Assembly (NCBI RefSeq): GCF_009914755.1
Contig: NC_060931.1
Strand: one strand, 5' to 3'
Source of the DNA: the human T2T-CHM13v2.0 reference genome, Homo sapiens
DNA: 64,000 bases
The position numbers and the translations under genes are program-made. Under the pieces are notes generated by a model, which worked only from the letters and a program-made list of their open reading frames with translations, did no database searches and was not told where the DNA came from. Numbering within the stretch: the first letter of the stretch is position 1; each line of letters opens with the position of its first letter. Shown here piece by piece: positions 14,831 through 30,140 of this stretch.

Positions 14831-15176
14831 CAGAACCAAATAACTTACCTATGTGTGTATATAAGACTTGTGATGATAAATAGCAACCCCACACCTCCCT
14901 CCACTCTCCATTTTTCCATTTCCATAGGCAACTAATTCCAGCCTTAATTGACTAGGTCTTTTGATGTTTTTCTCCTCATCTCTAAGTAACATACTTTTAA
15001 GGCTACTTCTTGATTGTTAGTCTTTGACATTATCTGTTCACTTCCTACTCTAGAAGAGGATTTAGCTATTGACAACTAATCAATGATTGCTTTCTAATTT
15101 CTTTCTAACTTTTTTATTTCTGTAGAGTTAATAACTGCCTTTTGTTTCTTTCCTTAATTTTCTAAGTATTTATCAT

Positions 15177-15512
15177 TGTATTAGTCTATTCTCATATTGC
15201 TATAAAGGAATACCTGAGACTGGGTAATTTATAAGAAAAGGGGTTTAATTGGCTTATGGTTCTGCAGGGTGTAAAGGAAGCATAGCAGCATCTGTTTCTG
15301 GGGAGGTCTCAGGAAGCTTCTAATCATGGCAGAAGGCAAAAGGGGAACAGGCATGTCACATGGAAAAAGCAGAGCAGGAGAACAAGCAAATGTGCTACAC
15401 ACATTTAAATGACAAGATTTCATGAGAACTCACTCCCTATCCTGAGGACAGTACCAACAGGGATGGTGCTTAACCATGTGTGAGAAATCCGCCTCCATGT
15501 TTCAATCACCTC
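15177..15512 (-). mobile_element. MaLR LTR MSTA/MSTB-like, truncated
   Basis: tgtattagtctattctcatattgctataaaggaatacctgagactgggtaatttataag terminus. Confidence 0.85.
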
Positions 15513-15559
15513 AAATTTTTCATAAGCCTAAAACTGCTTAAAAAAAAAATGGCCCTATG

Positions 15560-15830
15560 TAGCTGAACTGAACTCAGCCTTGCCAGCTGTCCCTTCCCAG
15601 GCACATCATGTGAGTGAAGCCATCTTGGATTCTCCAGCCCAGCCCAGCCCAGCCCAGCCATTAGGTGATGTCACTGAGTAACCATAATTTCATATAGAGA
15701 GGAATAATTGGCCAGCCAAGCTCTGCTTGAATTCCTGAACCCCGCCCCCCCCAAATTGTGAGATATAATAAAACGACTATTGTTTTAAGCCATGAAAGTT
15801 TGGGGCAGTTTGTTATACAACAATAACATA
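15560..15830 (+). mobile_element. MLT1-type LTR fragment with (CCCAG)n
   Basis: gtgagtgaagccatcttgga...ttgttttaagcca...gttttgggg-like motifs. Confidence 0.6.
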
Positions 15831-15834
15831 AATC

Positions 15835-16286
15835 TGTATTAGGTATTAGTCAGGGTTCTCTAGAGGGACAGAACTAATGGAATGAATATATATATATATG
15901 GGGGGGTTTTTAGTATTAACTCACACTCTCACAAGGTCCCATAATAGGCTGTAGGCAGGCTGAGGAGCAAGGAGAACCAGTTCAAGTTCCAAAACTGAAG
16001 AACTTGGAGTCTGATATTCAAGGGCAGGAAGCATCCAGCATGGGAGAAAGATGTAGCCTGGGAGGCCAGGCCAGTCTCTCTTTGCACATTTTTTCTGCCT
16101 GGTTATATTCTAGCCATGCTGGCAGCTGATTAGATTGTGCCCACCCAGATTAAGGTTGGGTCTGCCTTTCCCAGACCACTGACTCAAATGTTAATCTCCT
16201 TTGGCAACACCCTCACAGACACACCCAGGATCGATACCTTGTATACTTCAATCCAATCAAGTTGACACTCAGTATTAACCATCACA
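15835..16286 (-). mobile_element. ERVL solo LTR MLT2A1-like, same sense as AOAH
   Basis: Minus strand starts tgtgatggttaatactgagtgtcaacttgattggattgaag and ends ccctgactaatac...aca. Confidence 0.88.
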
Positions 16287-16289
16287 GTT

Positions 16290-17810
16290 ATGATATTTTT
16301 CCCTCACAAGTCTGAAGGAATTGATTGATTTTGGCTTTTAGCCTCCCCAGCATTGTTAAGTATGAAGCAACTCTGTGTCTTGATCTTTTGAAAGCCTATG
16401 GTAGCACCTCATTCCAAGTGTTCTGAAATGTTATGATGGCAGTCTTGGTGTGTGTCTGATTTTACTCATAGTGTTAGACCTTTGATAAACCCTTTCAACT
16501 TGGAAATTCATGATGTTCAGTTTTGAGAGATGTCCTTAAATTATTTCACTGATGATTTCTTCCTTTCTCTTTTTTCCCTACAACTATTGGGTCATCTGAA
16601 CCGGTCTTGTAATTTTCCCTGTTTCTCTGTCCTATTTTCATGTCATGGACCTTTTTCTCCATTTTCTGGATAATATCCTCAACTTTATTTTTTAATCTTT
16701 CTATGAATGTCGTCTGCTATTACCAGAATAATTTCCAAATGACCTTATTGGTTCTCTGAATATCTTTTTAATTTTAATGTTCTTGTTTTATGAATGTAAC
16801 ATCTTCTTTTATCCTTTTTTGAAGCACTTGTCTGCTATAGAATTCTTTTATCTTTTTGAAGATATTAATTTCAGTTATTTTAATATGTAGGCTATTAAAC
16901 TTTCTAAAAAGTTTTATCCCCCTTAGTACATAGTCTGTGTTTCTCTAAGTTGCTTTTTTTCCCCTTTGTTTCTGTATTTTCTTTCATGTTTGAGGTTTCC
17001 TTCAGATGTGTGATGATCCTGGGTTATAGGCTTATTTTTAAATGTTGAAACTAGTTGCCAGCTAAAAAGCTAATTGATTTTGATTGGAAGCTGGGCCCCT
17101 GGCTGTGCTTGTTGACTACAGCCCTCACTGCAAGATGAGCTGTCTGGGCCTTTCTTGGGGAACCCTGCTGTCAGCATCTGTGGGACTCTCCTCTTGGGCT
17201 GTTCAGATTCCCCAGGGAAGGATCTTCTAGTCTGCAGCCAGGAGAGTACAGGCTGGGTTGGCAACACTCTGGGGCATGTAGGGAAGGGTCCTCAACATTT
17301 AGCATTCATGTGTTTCCGTAGGATACTCCTCTCCTCATTTATGTTTGGTGTCTTCCAGTCCAGAGGCCCTTGACTTTAGTGTTTCCAGAGAATAAAGCTC
17401 TAGTCTTATTCCAGAGTATGGGAGGGGCAGTTGACCACCTGTGGAGAGTTGGAAGGGGTCTGAGGAGCTAACTGCTCTTCAGCAATCTTCCAACCAATAC
17501 TTCTGGTTTAGCCTCACCTGCATTTCTACAGCTCCCACATGTAACCAATCCCCAAGTCTTCTGGGGCTTCTGCAGTGTGAACTGGGTTGCTTCTTGGCAT
17601 TCCCTCCAACCAGCTTAGGATGCAGCTCTCCTGAATCTACTAAGTCAGTTACCATTCATCTGTCTGATTTCTAGCTTCCAACGTTTTGTGGCTGTTGGCT
17701 CTTCTTGTTCTCTTCGTCCTCTTGGACAAATTCATTTACTGTCGTTAGAGTAGGGCTTTTCAAGGGAGAGATGTAAGTGCTTGTGTTCAATCTGCTATCT
17801 TACTCAAAAG
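16290..17810 (-). mobile_element. Ancient L1 (L1M/L1ME) 5'/ORF1-region fragments
   Basis: T-rich degraded L1-like sequence; approximate. Confidence 0.45.
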
Positions 17811-19204
17811 CCTGAAATGGATACCTTATACACTGCGTCACTTATGCCCTCTGCCTTGAGTATTTTATTATATTTTGGAAAAACAGATGGGAAATGGACA
17901 CTGGATCTGAGTTTGATACTAAAATAATTTTATGGTCAATAAAGAGGGGTTATTTTTCTTTGGGAAAGTAATTCTTACCTATTTAGTCACAAATGTATTT
18001 TTGATCATTCTGAGAATGGAATTTATATACCAAAATATTGTTTTGCTCATGTCCTGCTCATGAAGAGTAAATAGTGTAGGTATTAATATTATAGATACAG
18101 TTAGTTGCACCTTTCATTATAAGAATATAGAAATCTTTACCAATAGGAGATAGTTCTAATAACATTTCTGACTAGAAATAGCATCTAGAATTTTGGGATG
18201 AAAGCCTTGTACCAAGCACTAGAAAGTATTTCACATAGTAAAAGATACTGCTTTCTTTCATCCCCATCCCGAATCTATAATCTCTCTTATATATTTTAGG
18301 AACTGCATTTCTCAAGGAGTGCTCAGAAATCCTGAGTATATAGTGGGATCAATATAATATTTTGATATGCCTGCAAATTGAGAAGATAGCTTAATAGAAA
18401 ATTATATATATGCAGGGTCTTGAGCTTGTAGTCATAGGACAAGCTGAGGCTACTAGGATGCTATGCATAATGAGGCTAAACTATCATGATGATTCTGGCC
18501 TCAAATCCTCTTCCTCTTGCTCTCCTTTCTCCACAAAAATCCAGTGTTCCAGTGTGATCTTTTATTTTTCTCTTTCTGCTCTGTTGTATATATCAAAATC
18601 CGGTCCAATGTGCTAGGAGGAGGTGACTGCTTTTGGGCTTGTAAGTTGAGGGATGCACAAGACGGGTACTTAAAAGTTCTTTTCTCCACACTTTGCCCAA
18701 TGCCTACAGAACTGAATCCTCAACTCCAGGCATAGGCATGGAAGTGAGTCACGTTAACTTTCCAGTTTCACCAGCTCCTTCTACTGGAGGGCCTGGCAGT
18801 ACAGGCATTTCATGTGAAAACACACTGATTGGGTTTTGATTTCTAGCACCGTAATTCAAAATGAGTAAAACTCAAACAGAATGGCTGTTACTCTTCCCAA
18901 CATTGGCTCAGGGAACACAAAAAAATCACTTTTTCTGAGAGCTTCCTAATGCCTTCCCCCACTGCATTTCGGTAGAACAAAACAGAGTAATATCAAGAAT
19001 GGGCCTCAAGAGTAATGTAGACAAATTAAACAGGTTGATTTAAAATGAAATAAAAGATGGCCTCCCATGTTGACTCAAGGCAGAACCTATTTGGAGAGAG
19101 GCAAAAATGGAGTTCTTCCAAAGGCTTTGTAGCCTGCCAGAGATCTCTGAGGTAAACCAGATGTGATATGATTCAAGCAAGAGTGATGTAGCATATTCTG
19201 ATGA

Positions 19205-19460
<256 letters not shown>

Positions 19461-21269
19461 CTTGTTAGGCAATTTCTGACTCTGTCCAGAGGCACAGCTT
19501 GCTTGGGTATAAATTATGAGTCTCCATTAAGTTGAATCTTAGGGAATAAGTTACAAAAAACAGGCTCCAGCAGTAGGGTTGGTGAGAAATACCTGGGGAT
19601 ATTTGATGTGAAGAGTTAGGGAGGGGAGTAAATTAGGATAAACTTGGGTAACTTAGAGACTAGACAGGCTTTAAGGCTTTATCCAGGGACCTTTTCTGCT
19701 AGGAAAATTTAAGAAAAGGGTGGATAACTTTCTTTCTAATGTGGATGGAGGTCAGGCCAGCATAGGGCCAGGGAGATAGATTAAAGACCTTTTAAGATTC
19801 CTTTCAGTCCTTTGATATTAGCCACATCCCAGAGTTCTGTGTAACCCCTAACTCACTACATCATAGAACAACTAAGATGTAGCCTCAGAGAGTGATAAAC
19901 ATACAGAATATGACTCACCGTGGACTCAGAGAGACTGGCAATAAGCTAATTATGCAGAGGTGAGGATGGCTACAGAGGAGGTCCTAGGAGTTCACATACA
20001 AAAAGATTAGCAGGACAGCATGATAAATTTTGAATTTGGACCAGAAAAATAGTACAGGGAAAAAGACTTCATAGGCATTGTGTTCAATAATTCATGAGCT
20101 GCTGGGCTCAGACAAGGCTTCCTACCTGTTAGGTTAACCTCTCACTAAGATTTCCTCCCCTCCTGTTCTCTGAGCTTGAAGCAGGTGTAGCTCTCTCCAT
20201 CCTGGCCTTTCCCAGCCCCAGATTTGATTCTAGGCCACTGTATTAGGGTGAACATTAAACTGTGATAAAGTGGAGACATTTAAGGCTGTGGAGGCTTATA
20301 CATCTGAAAAGATTACTTGTGACATAGCAGATGGTTTTAATGACCTAAACGGCATTTCTCAAAGGATGTTCTGTGAAACACCAGTTTCTTTGAATTTTTC
20401 TCATAAAACACACACACAAATTCTACATAGTTCTGTGGTCAAATAAGTTTAGGAAATGTTTTATATATTTTTGAATGTTTTATATTTTTTGAGGATATAC
20501 AATGCTTTTTCGCATAGTGAAGGCTATAATAAGCCTTATACCAAATAAGCTTGTTTCCCTTTATTTAAATTAACATTTCCAAAACTTATTTGACTTAACA
20601 CGTCTTTTAAGAAATGTGTGTTAGTACCCTTTAACATTTTGTGGAACTCATATTTCGCAGAAGAGTTTATGAAGAATATTGATGAATTATCTCTGTGATC
20701 TGTATTTAAGCATTGAGGTGGCCTAAAATCTCAAGTTCAGTTGGTTACAACGATTCTACTAGAGAAATCTGTAGAGTGTTCATTTACTTTGATTAATCTG
20801 GGTTGCAAAATTACATCATTCTGGGCAAAAATTCACATCAAGGTTTGACTTATCATTAGCCAAATTCACTTCTTAGCAAATCTCTTTATTTCATTTTTTC
20901 CACTTGGCTACTGAATTGATGTTTCTTTTAAATTCATTTTCTCCTATTTGTTGATTACATATGGCTAATATTTTAATGTTAATTGTGTGATTTAATATTT
21001 TAATTAATTTTGCTAATTTCTTGCAGAATACTTATTATAGGACACACTTAGAATTCCAAGGGTTTAACTTACGCTGATTTATTTTTACATATTTTTACAT
21101 ATCACATCATGCAGTTGCTAATTCAGCTATACTCCTTTGCCTATTTCCCCCAAAATGTTAATCCCAACAAACCTTATTTGATTTAGATAATCTGACAAAA
21201 TGCACATGAAGGAGGTTTGCAGATTGTAAAGCACTCTACATGGGCAAACTGATATCCTTATGAGCTGGT

Positions 21270-21600
21270 TCAGCAATTCTTTTATTGAGCACCTGCCATG
21301 TGTCATGTACTGTGCCAGGTAAGAGGGCTACAAAATGAAGTCACCTGATTCCCATACTCAGGATGCTCAGAGTCTGGGCATGGGAAGGTGGAGCATGAGA
21401 CAAGTAGTAAACAGGTATTATAAGTGAGGTGACATTGGTATTGAAGGACATGATAGGATCTCAGAAAATAATCATCCAGTTAGATGGGGGGTCAGTATGA
21501 AGGGGCTGTCTGGAGGGGTATAAAAAAGAAATGTAGCTGAAGACAGAGAGGCTGGGGGATGATCCCTGAGGGGTAGGTGCTGCAGCATGGGCAGAGGGCG
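21270..21600 (-). mobile_element. L2 fragment
   Basis: tttattgagcacctgccatgtg...tgtgccagg motif. Confidence 0.55.
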
Positions 21601-21629
21601 ACTAGATAGGACAAAGACAACGGGCGATG

Positions 21630-22320
21630 CCTGTGAAAAGATGCTCAAACTCACTAGTAGTCAGGAGGTTACAAGTGAGAACAACAATACAATGTTGTTG
21701 TTATAGTGGAAAAAATTAAGAAGATGAACAATATCCAGTATTGGCAAGGGTGTGGGAAAACAAATATTCTCATATACTAATTGTGGGAATATAAATTGGT
21801 ATAGCCCATTTGGAGGCCTTATTAAAATTAAAAATGTAAACATTTGGGTCCAATAATTTTTTCTTAAGAAATCCTCACACATATTCCAAAGAGTCAGTAC
21901 AAAATGCTCATTGCAGCATTACGAAGAATAATGATACTCTGGATATAAGTTGGATGTCCACCTGTAGGAGAAAAAAATAACTATGCTATGAAACACTATG
22001 CAGTATTGGACAAGAAGGAAAAGAGCTCCAAGAAGTATGGCTAAGGTGAAGCACTGATTTACAGTAGGTTAAACACAATATGATAGCCTTTATGGGAAAA
22101 TCCCAACAAAGTGTTCATTTCTTCATGTACAAATGAAAATACACAGAAAGGGCCTGGATGGAATCACACTAAACTGATCACAGGGCTTTCTTCTAAGAAA
22201 GGGAGTAAAACTGGGGACAAAAAGTGAGGACTTCAGCTTTTTACTTTATACACATTAATTTTTTTGTACAATGAAAATATATTCATATTTTGAGTAATTA
22301 AAAATGAAAAATTAAAAATA
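21630..22320 (+). mobile_element. Old L1 (L1ME-like) 3' fragment
   Basis: gaaaagatgctcaaactcactagtagtcagg...ttggcaagggtgtggg ORF2-end motifs and A-rich tail. Confidence 0.65.
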
Positions 22321-22988
22321 AATAGGGACAAGGGGAAGTCATTGCAGGTGAAGGGCTTTGTCAATATATGGCAGGGAGAGTCCCTCCACCAGGATCCATG
22401 GTGTCTACAGATGGTCCGTCTTGCCCAAGGATGGTGCCTCCTTATGCCTGGGTCCCATCCCTTCTTGCCTTCTCTAGGCTTCATTCTTTCCTTCATTCCC
22501 TTTCTCTGCCTTTTAGATCATCCTATCAATACAAGTATGCTGCAGGATTTTCCATTTTAACAAGTCTTCCTGATCTATTATTCCCTTGCTGCTATTGCCC
22601 CATTTCTCTGAAGCAAAACCCATTAAAAGTTGTACATGCTCACCCAAGCTGATGTCATCACCTCCTGAACCCATTCTTTCCAATCAGGCTTCCAGCTTCG
22701 CCCCACTGAAATGTTTCTGCTCCAGGTCTCTCCAGGTCCCTGTCTTGCACACCCAGTTGTCACTCTCAGCTCTCATCTTCCTCTGCCTCCCCCATCATTT
22801 GGCTGATGCTCTCTTCTTATTTGGAAACACTTTATTTCCTTGCCCTCCAGGACTGTAAGCCCTTCCAGTTTTCTTTCTACTTTCAGGGTTGTTCCTTTTC
22901 AATCTTCTCTGCCCAGATCTCTAAATGTCAGCATCTCCTAGCCTCTCTGTCTTCAGCTATGTTTCCTTTTTATACTTACTCCTTAGAA

Positions 22989-24768
<1,780 letters not shown>

Positions 24769-26309
24769 CTATGGACACTATCCCACTCCAATCAGCCTCA
24801 CCCAACTTCAGAGGACCACCTCTCTGGTTAATTATTTGTTTTGCAAAGTATAATTATAACAGGGCTAATCATTTGCAATTATATCACATGTAATTTGCGA
24901 ATAATGGATTTAATAAGGTTATTAGGCCCATTAGTGTTTAGTACTTACATGTCCTTTTTTGAAACATGAAATTAGGTTAGCAAATTTTAGCTGCAATTCC
25001 CTACTCTCCAATTTTCTGGCTTTACTGCCCCAAGTGACTTGGTTCAGTGTTATACACTGATTTTCAAAATTATTCTCTCATATAACATCTATTGGGTAGG
25101 AGAGAATAGATAACCTTTAACGCTTCTATTCTAGGACACCTCTCACTAAAGGTGTGTTTAAATGCCCCTGAAGAGCATTATTGTACCACTTATAACAATG
25201 GCTTTGTCTGAGTATTTGCTACATCTTTGGTTCAATATGCCAAATTTAAGCTGGAGGCAGAGGGAGCAACATTTAATCTAGAAAATGTCATCTGGTTTGC
25301 ACTCATTTATGCTGACTACAGATCTCAGTTTTATTTCTCCAGCTTGGTGTGACAATTTTGGTAGCTGCTTTTGGTTCTTTTGGCCTTCATTGCTTTTTAT
25401 GATGAATTTTAGCTTTTTACTTTTTTTGAAAAAGCTCTGATTGCTGCCCTGTTTTTCATCCTTATCACTTATCCTTGTCTGCAGAACCCTACTGACTGGA
25501 CTGACTCCTGGCCCCACCTTCAGAATAAGGGGATACGAACGGCCAGAAATGCTCAGTTTAGATGTGTTGGGTTCAGGTGGCTATTTTTGTTAAGGACTTA
25601 GATGCCTGTTTTCCTCTTTTGGGTTTGCTGGAGAGATATAGTAAACATAAAGGACAATAATGGAGTCCCATGTTTATTTAACAGCCTGTCAAGCACTCAA
25701 TATCACACAACACAGGGCTTACTGTGCATGAGACTGCACTATACCATAGGCTCTATACCCTGGCCAAACACTGTTTCAAGAACTTCAGGCTCTGACCCAT
25801 AAAGTTAGCCATGTCTTGTCTTGAGGTACAGGCTAGTTAAGGAGTAGGGGAAGACATAGTGGGTAGCAGAAGCAGGAGCATCTCTCTTGAACAATTTCCC
25901 TCAGTACTTCTAAACCAAGTAGCGTCATAAAGTAGGATCATGTTGCCCAATAACCATGCCCAATGAGCGTGGGAGAGAACGTCAGAGATCATCTAGTCCA
26001 ACTTAACTTGAGCACATAAATGAGGTTGAGGAATGCTAAATGTTCCACCTGGAATAACACAGAATGAGCACCCTTATAACTGAAAATACAGACTTCCTTT
26101 CACTCTATCATGCCTACTCTGGGATTTTAAATGATGCTTTCAAATGAGAAGTCCTTCCTTCTTGTAAAAGTTTTGGTATTGTTTCCCATCTTTCTACATG
26201 TGGTATTAGATCTTTGGTTTCTTTAATGTAAGTAGGATTTTCCTGTTATATGAATTGCTTTGGAAAGTGATCTGAACATGAAGTACAATTTTTAATCTTA
26301 ATTTTTTTT

Positions 26310-26590
26310 ACTTTTTTATTTTTACTTTTTTAAAGACAGGGTCTTGTTCTGTTGCCCAGGCTGGAGTACAGTGGCGTGATCATAGCTCACAGCAATCTCA
26401 GCAATCTCAAACTCCTGGGCTCAAGCAATCTTCCCGTCTCAGCCTCCTGAGTAGCTAAGGACTACAAGTACATGCCACCATGCCAGGCTAATTAAAAAAA
26501 AATATTTTTTTAGAGATGAGGTCTTGCTATGTTGCTCAAGCTGATCTCAAACTCCTGGCCTCCAGTAATCTTTTCACCTCAGATGCCCAG
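26310..26590 (-). mobile_element. AluJ-like SINE
   Basis: Reverse Alu with a small internal duplication (gcaatctca x2). Confidence 0.9.
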
Positions 26591-28989
26591 TAGCTATTTT
26601 TAATCTTTTAAAAATACTTTTTTCTTCCTATTTACAGTTATACTGCTCTATTGCCAAGCTCTTAACCCCCACAGAGATTTTTTTTTTCTGCTTTTGACCT
26701 ACTCAATCTCTTCCTGAATCACACTGAAGAAAAATCCCAGTATATTTTTTAAGGGATATCACTTATTGAATTTTCTGAAGCCCAAGAGTCAAGAAAACAG
26801 TTTTTGTTAACATCAACTCAACTAAAAGAACTAAAGGTTTGTAAAACTAAGGGGTTATGTTTGTCATTTAATGCATGCACATAATTTCAATTAAAGTTAT
26901 CTATGAAGGGGATAATAAATTTTGAGAGGACAAAGAGCATAAACAAAGAATGAAAGGGAAGGAGCCATTTCCTCTCCTGATGCTTTCACAAGGCACATTT
27001 TCCAAAGGACGCTGTTGACACCCATAGCAGAAGGCTGATCATGATGGTAGGAAGCGCATTCTGGAGATCCAGTTGAATAGAGAAATCCGCCAATTCTGTG
27101 GATAAGCATTTGGATTCAAAGGGCATGTGCCCAAAATGCCCATGGGAGCTGTATACACCTCTCAGAAGTGCTGCTTCTGGGTCAACATTCTTTTCATTTT
27201 CCTGATTCCACAAATGAGGACCTCCATCATATGCTAATCTCTTTGATATTTTTATATACTTTATAACTTTCTATTCCTTTAATAAGGAGATTGGCCTAGC
27301 ACAAATTATCTGTGAATATAATTTATACAATGGTATATGGATACTTTAGCTGTAACTACTGCTGGGAGGGACATAGCAAATTATGATCCCACAGATGCAG
27401 TGTCATGCTGCCTCTGTTTCTGCTTAATGGGGGAATCCATTGCAACTCAGATTCCAAACAGAGAATTTCCTTTTCCATTAAAAGGAGTTGGTATATTCTT
27501 CTCCACTCCAGCTGAGTGGCAGCAAACACAGGCACAGTACACAGAAACAGCTGGCAAAAAGAGCATTCTGAGAGGAACAGCTAGGGAGCTTGGGGTCCCA
27601 CAAACACATAGAAAGAAAAGTTCCTGCAGGGGAGGTGAACAACCAGCTGTGGTGTGTGCCTCGTTAGAAATACAACAGGTAAGGACAGGACTTAGAGTCA
27701 ACACTAAGGAAGTTGCTTAAGCAGACTATGCGTTTTTTGTAAGCAGTAATAGAGAACCGAATATAAAAAGGTACTAGGTCAATAAAGACTAGCTCAGGAT
27801 AGAGATGGTTTTCATATAAGCCACACCTAGATGGTCACTTACTTTGTGAGATGGTGTCAGAATTTCTCTGCATAATGCTTATAAGAGTTAGAAACCATTC
27901 ATGTCTGAAGGCTCTCAACTTTTCCTCTTCCCCTTACCCCATTGCCATGCTTTGATGGAAGATCCTGTCTGCCTGCTGGGCACTGATCAGGATGATGGGT
28001 AAAAACTGCTGCAGGATTGAAGAGCTAGTGGGATTTTACATTGATAAGGGAGTAAACCCCTGGTGGGAGGACAGAACAGATGCAGAAAGGAAAAGGGAGC
28101 TTTCCCTCTCATCCCCCAATAGAAACTCAAAATGACTGAACAGAGTCTGTTTGGGAGAAGGAGCTAAGTGTGGGTCAAGTTTTGGGGAAGTTTAGATTTA
28201 GGAAATACAGAGCAACTACTGGTGTGTGCGAGCTGTAAGCAGAAAGAGATGAGGAAACATGTTTTTATCTGTTTGCTGGGCATGGTGAATGGATTCCTCT
28301 TTCATTCCTTGAGTGACTCCAGTAAAGATTTAAACTACTTGGAAATTAATTTTAAATATCGGATCGGTATTTCTTTTATGGCAACTTCATGGGGCCAAAA
28401 GGTAGTTGGGATTTATAGAGTCAATATGTAAAAATTTAAGCTTTCATTAAAGGTACAGTAAACTGTGTTCATTGTTCATACCTAATTAATTCTTTTTGTT
28501 ATTGTCATAAAAGCCTTGATTGAGAGAAAATTCCAGATACTTTTATTGAGAAATGACTAGACTGGGTGGAGGGCATTTAAACATATATATTTTTTTATTT
28601 TCTGATGTTGAAATTGGGGGGATGACCAAGGTTCTCTCTTCTATAAACCTGCTTTGGCTGGGTTATCTCTGGATGTGTTCCAGGTAAAGACAACAGAGGC
28701 TGTAGCAGAGGGAAGATGGGACTGAGGCTAGGACTCAGAAAGTCCCAGATGTCTGTGCTTATTGGGACCCTAAGGAGGCATATGATGGGTCACTGAAATA
28801 GTGCAGGCCACACCTCTACATGGGGAGGACTTCTCTTGGTTCTTAGTCATTTCTCCATCCCATAGCTATGCTCTCACACAGAGGGACAATGGTTAGAGTG
28901 AGCCATATTCCCACACAAAGAATAAAAACAACACAAAGTTTGAGAGGCAAGAACATATCTTTGTTATGATATGACACAAGGTTCCATGA

Positions 28990-29180
28990 AAACAGACCCT
29001 ACCACTCTTGGCTGGGCAACCTTGGTCAAGATTCTTATTCTGTCTATTTGCCCTTGGATCTCTCAACTGCAAATGCAGAGAACAATACCCACTACCTCAC
29101 AAGGAGGTTAAATGAGAGAATATCTATACAACACTCAGTAAATGCTTGGCATATAGTTACTTGTTACTTCTCAAAGGTTA
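28990..29180 (+). mobile_element. MIR SINE
   Basis: aaccttggtcaag...ctcacaaggaggttaaatgagag...gcttggcatatag. Confidence 0.55.
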
Positions 29181-30054
29181 CTTCTTACTATCCCTATTAG
29201 TAAGTATTTTAGTATTTTTACACTAATGACAAGGACTAGCCTTTTTTAAAATAACATGATTAAGTTTGAAAAGGTATAACTACACTGGAAAACACATCTC
29301 CTTGGCTTTCCCTATATTGGCAGATTATTTCTATGTAAATATGAGTACGCTTCCCTGAAGGTTAGTTCCCTTCCTAGTTTCTTCTATGCCCCTTTTATGA
29401 CCCCAGTCTCCCATGTGTTACCCACCCAAAGGAAGTGACTGTTGATCACTTCCATGAACTCTTTTTCCTCGGAGCCCCGTGGCTCTGTAGGAGACCTGTC
29501 ATTAGTATATCTTCCTTGCATTACCATTATTTGTTCACTTGTCTCATCTGCCTTAATTGCAATTGACTACAAAGATGGGACAAGCCCTATCTACCTTTAA
29601 ATGGACACCTGTAACATCTGTGCCTGATTAGGTGGTTAAGTATTTAAGAAATATTTTTAAAGCAGATGAATAAAAATCATCAAATAAATTATTCATGGCA
29701 CACAATGTTCTTTGTTCATCAGAATAATTGCTTGTTAAAATGATTAATGTCTGTCCTTTGGGGGCATTCCTGTTCCTTACAGATTTGGGTAAATCACACC
29801 CCATGCACACTTGCCCTCCTCACAGTTCTCATGGCTTATCTCATGGTGCTTTCCAGCCTTCTGCCATTTTTGCCTGAGTCAGAGAGGGGCTTCCTAGCTG
29901 GTTCTGTCCTGTCTTTAGACCTAAAAGCAAAGCTCTACCCTTTCTTCTTTTTTACACATGGAAGCCATTCATTTGCCATCTTCCTTGTGCCTATTAACTG
30001 TCATAAATGTTTAGGAGATGTTGGGAGAGAAATTGCCTCTCATATCTGTGACAT

Positions 30055-30140
30055 TCTCCCATCCAAGTACTAACCAGGCCCTGCTTACCTTCCAGAGATC
30101 AGACAAGATCTGGTGTGTTCAGGGTGGGATGGCCATAGAC
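30055..30140 (-). pseudogene. 5S rRNA retropseudogene, 3'-truncated, no tail
   Basis: Minus strand gtctatggccatcccaccctgaacacaccagatcttgtctgatctctggaaggtaagcagggcctggttagtacttggatgggaga aligns to 5S rRNA nt 1 to about 90; 11-bp TSD tcatatctgtg. Confidence 0.93.
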
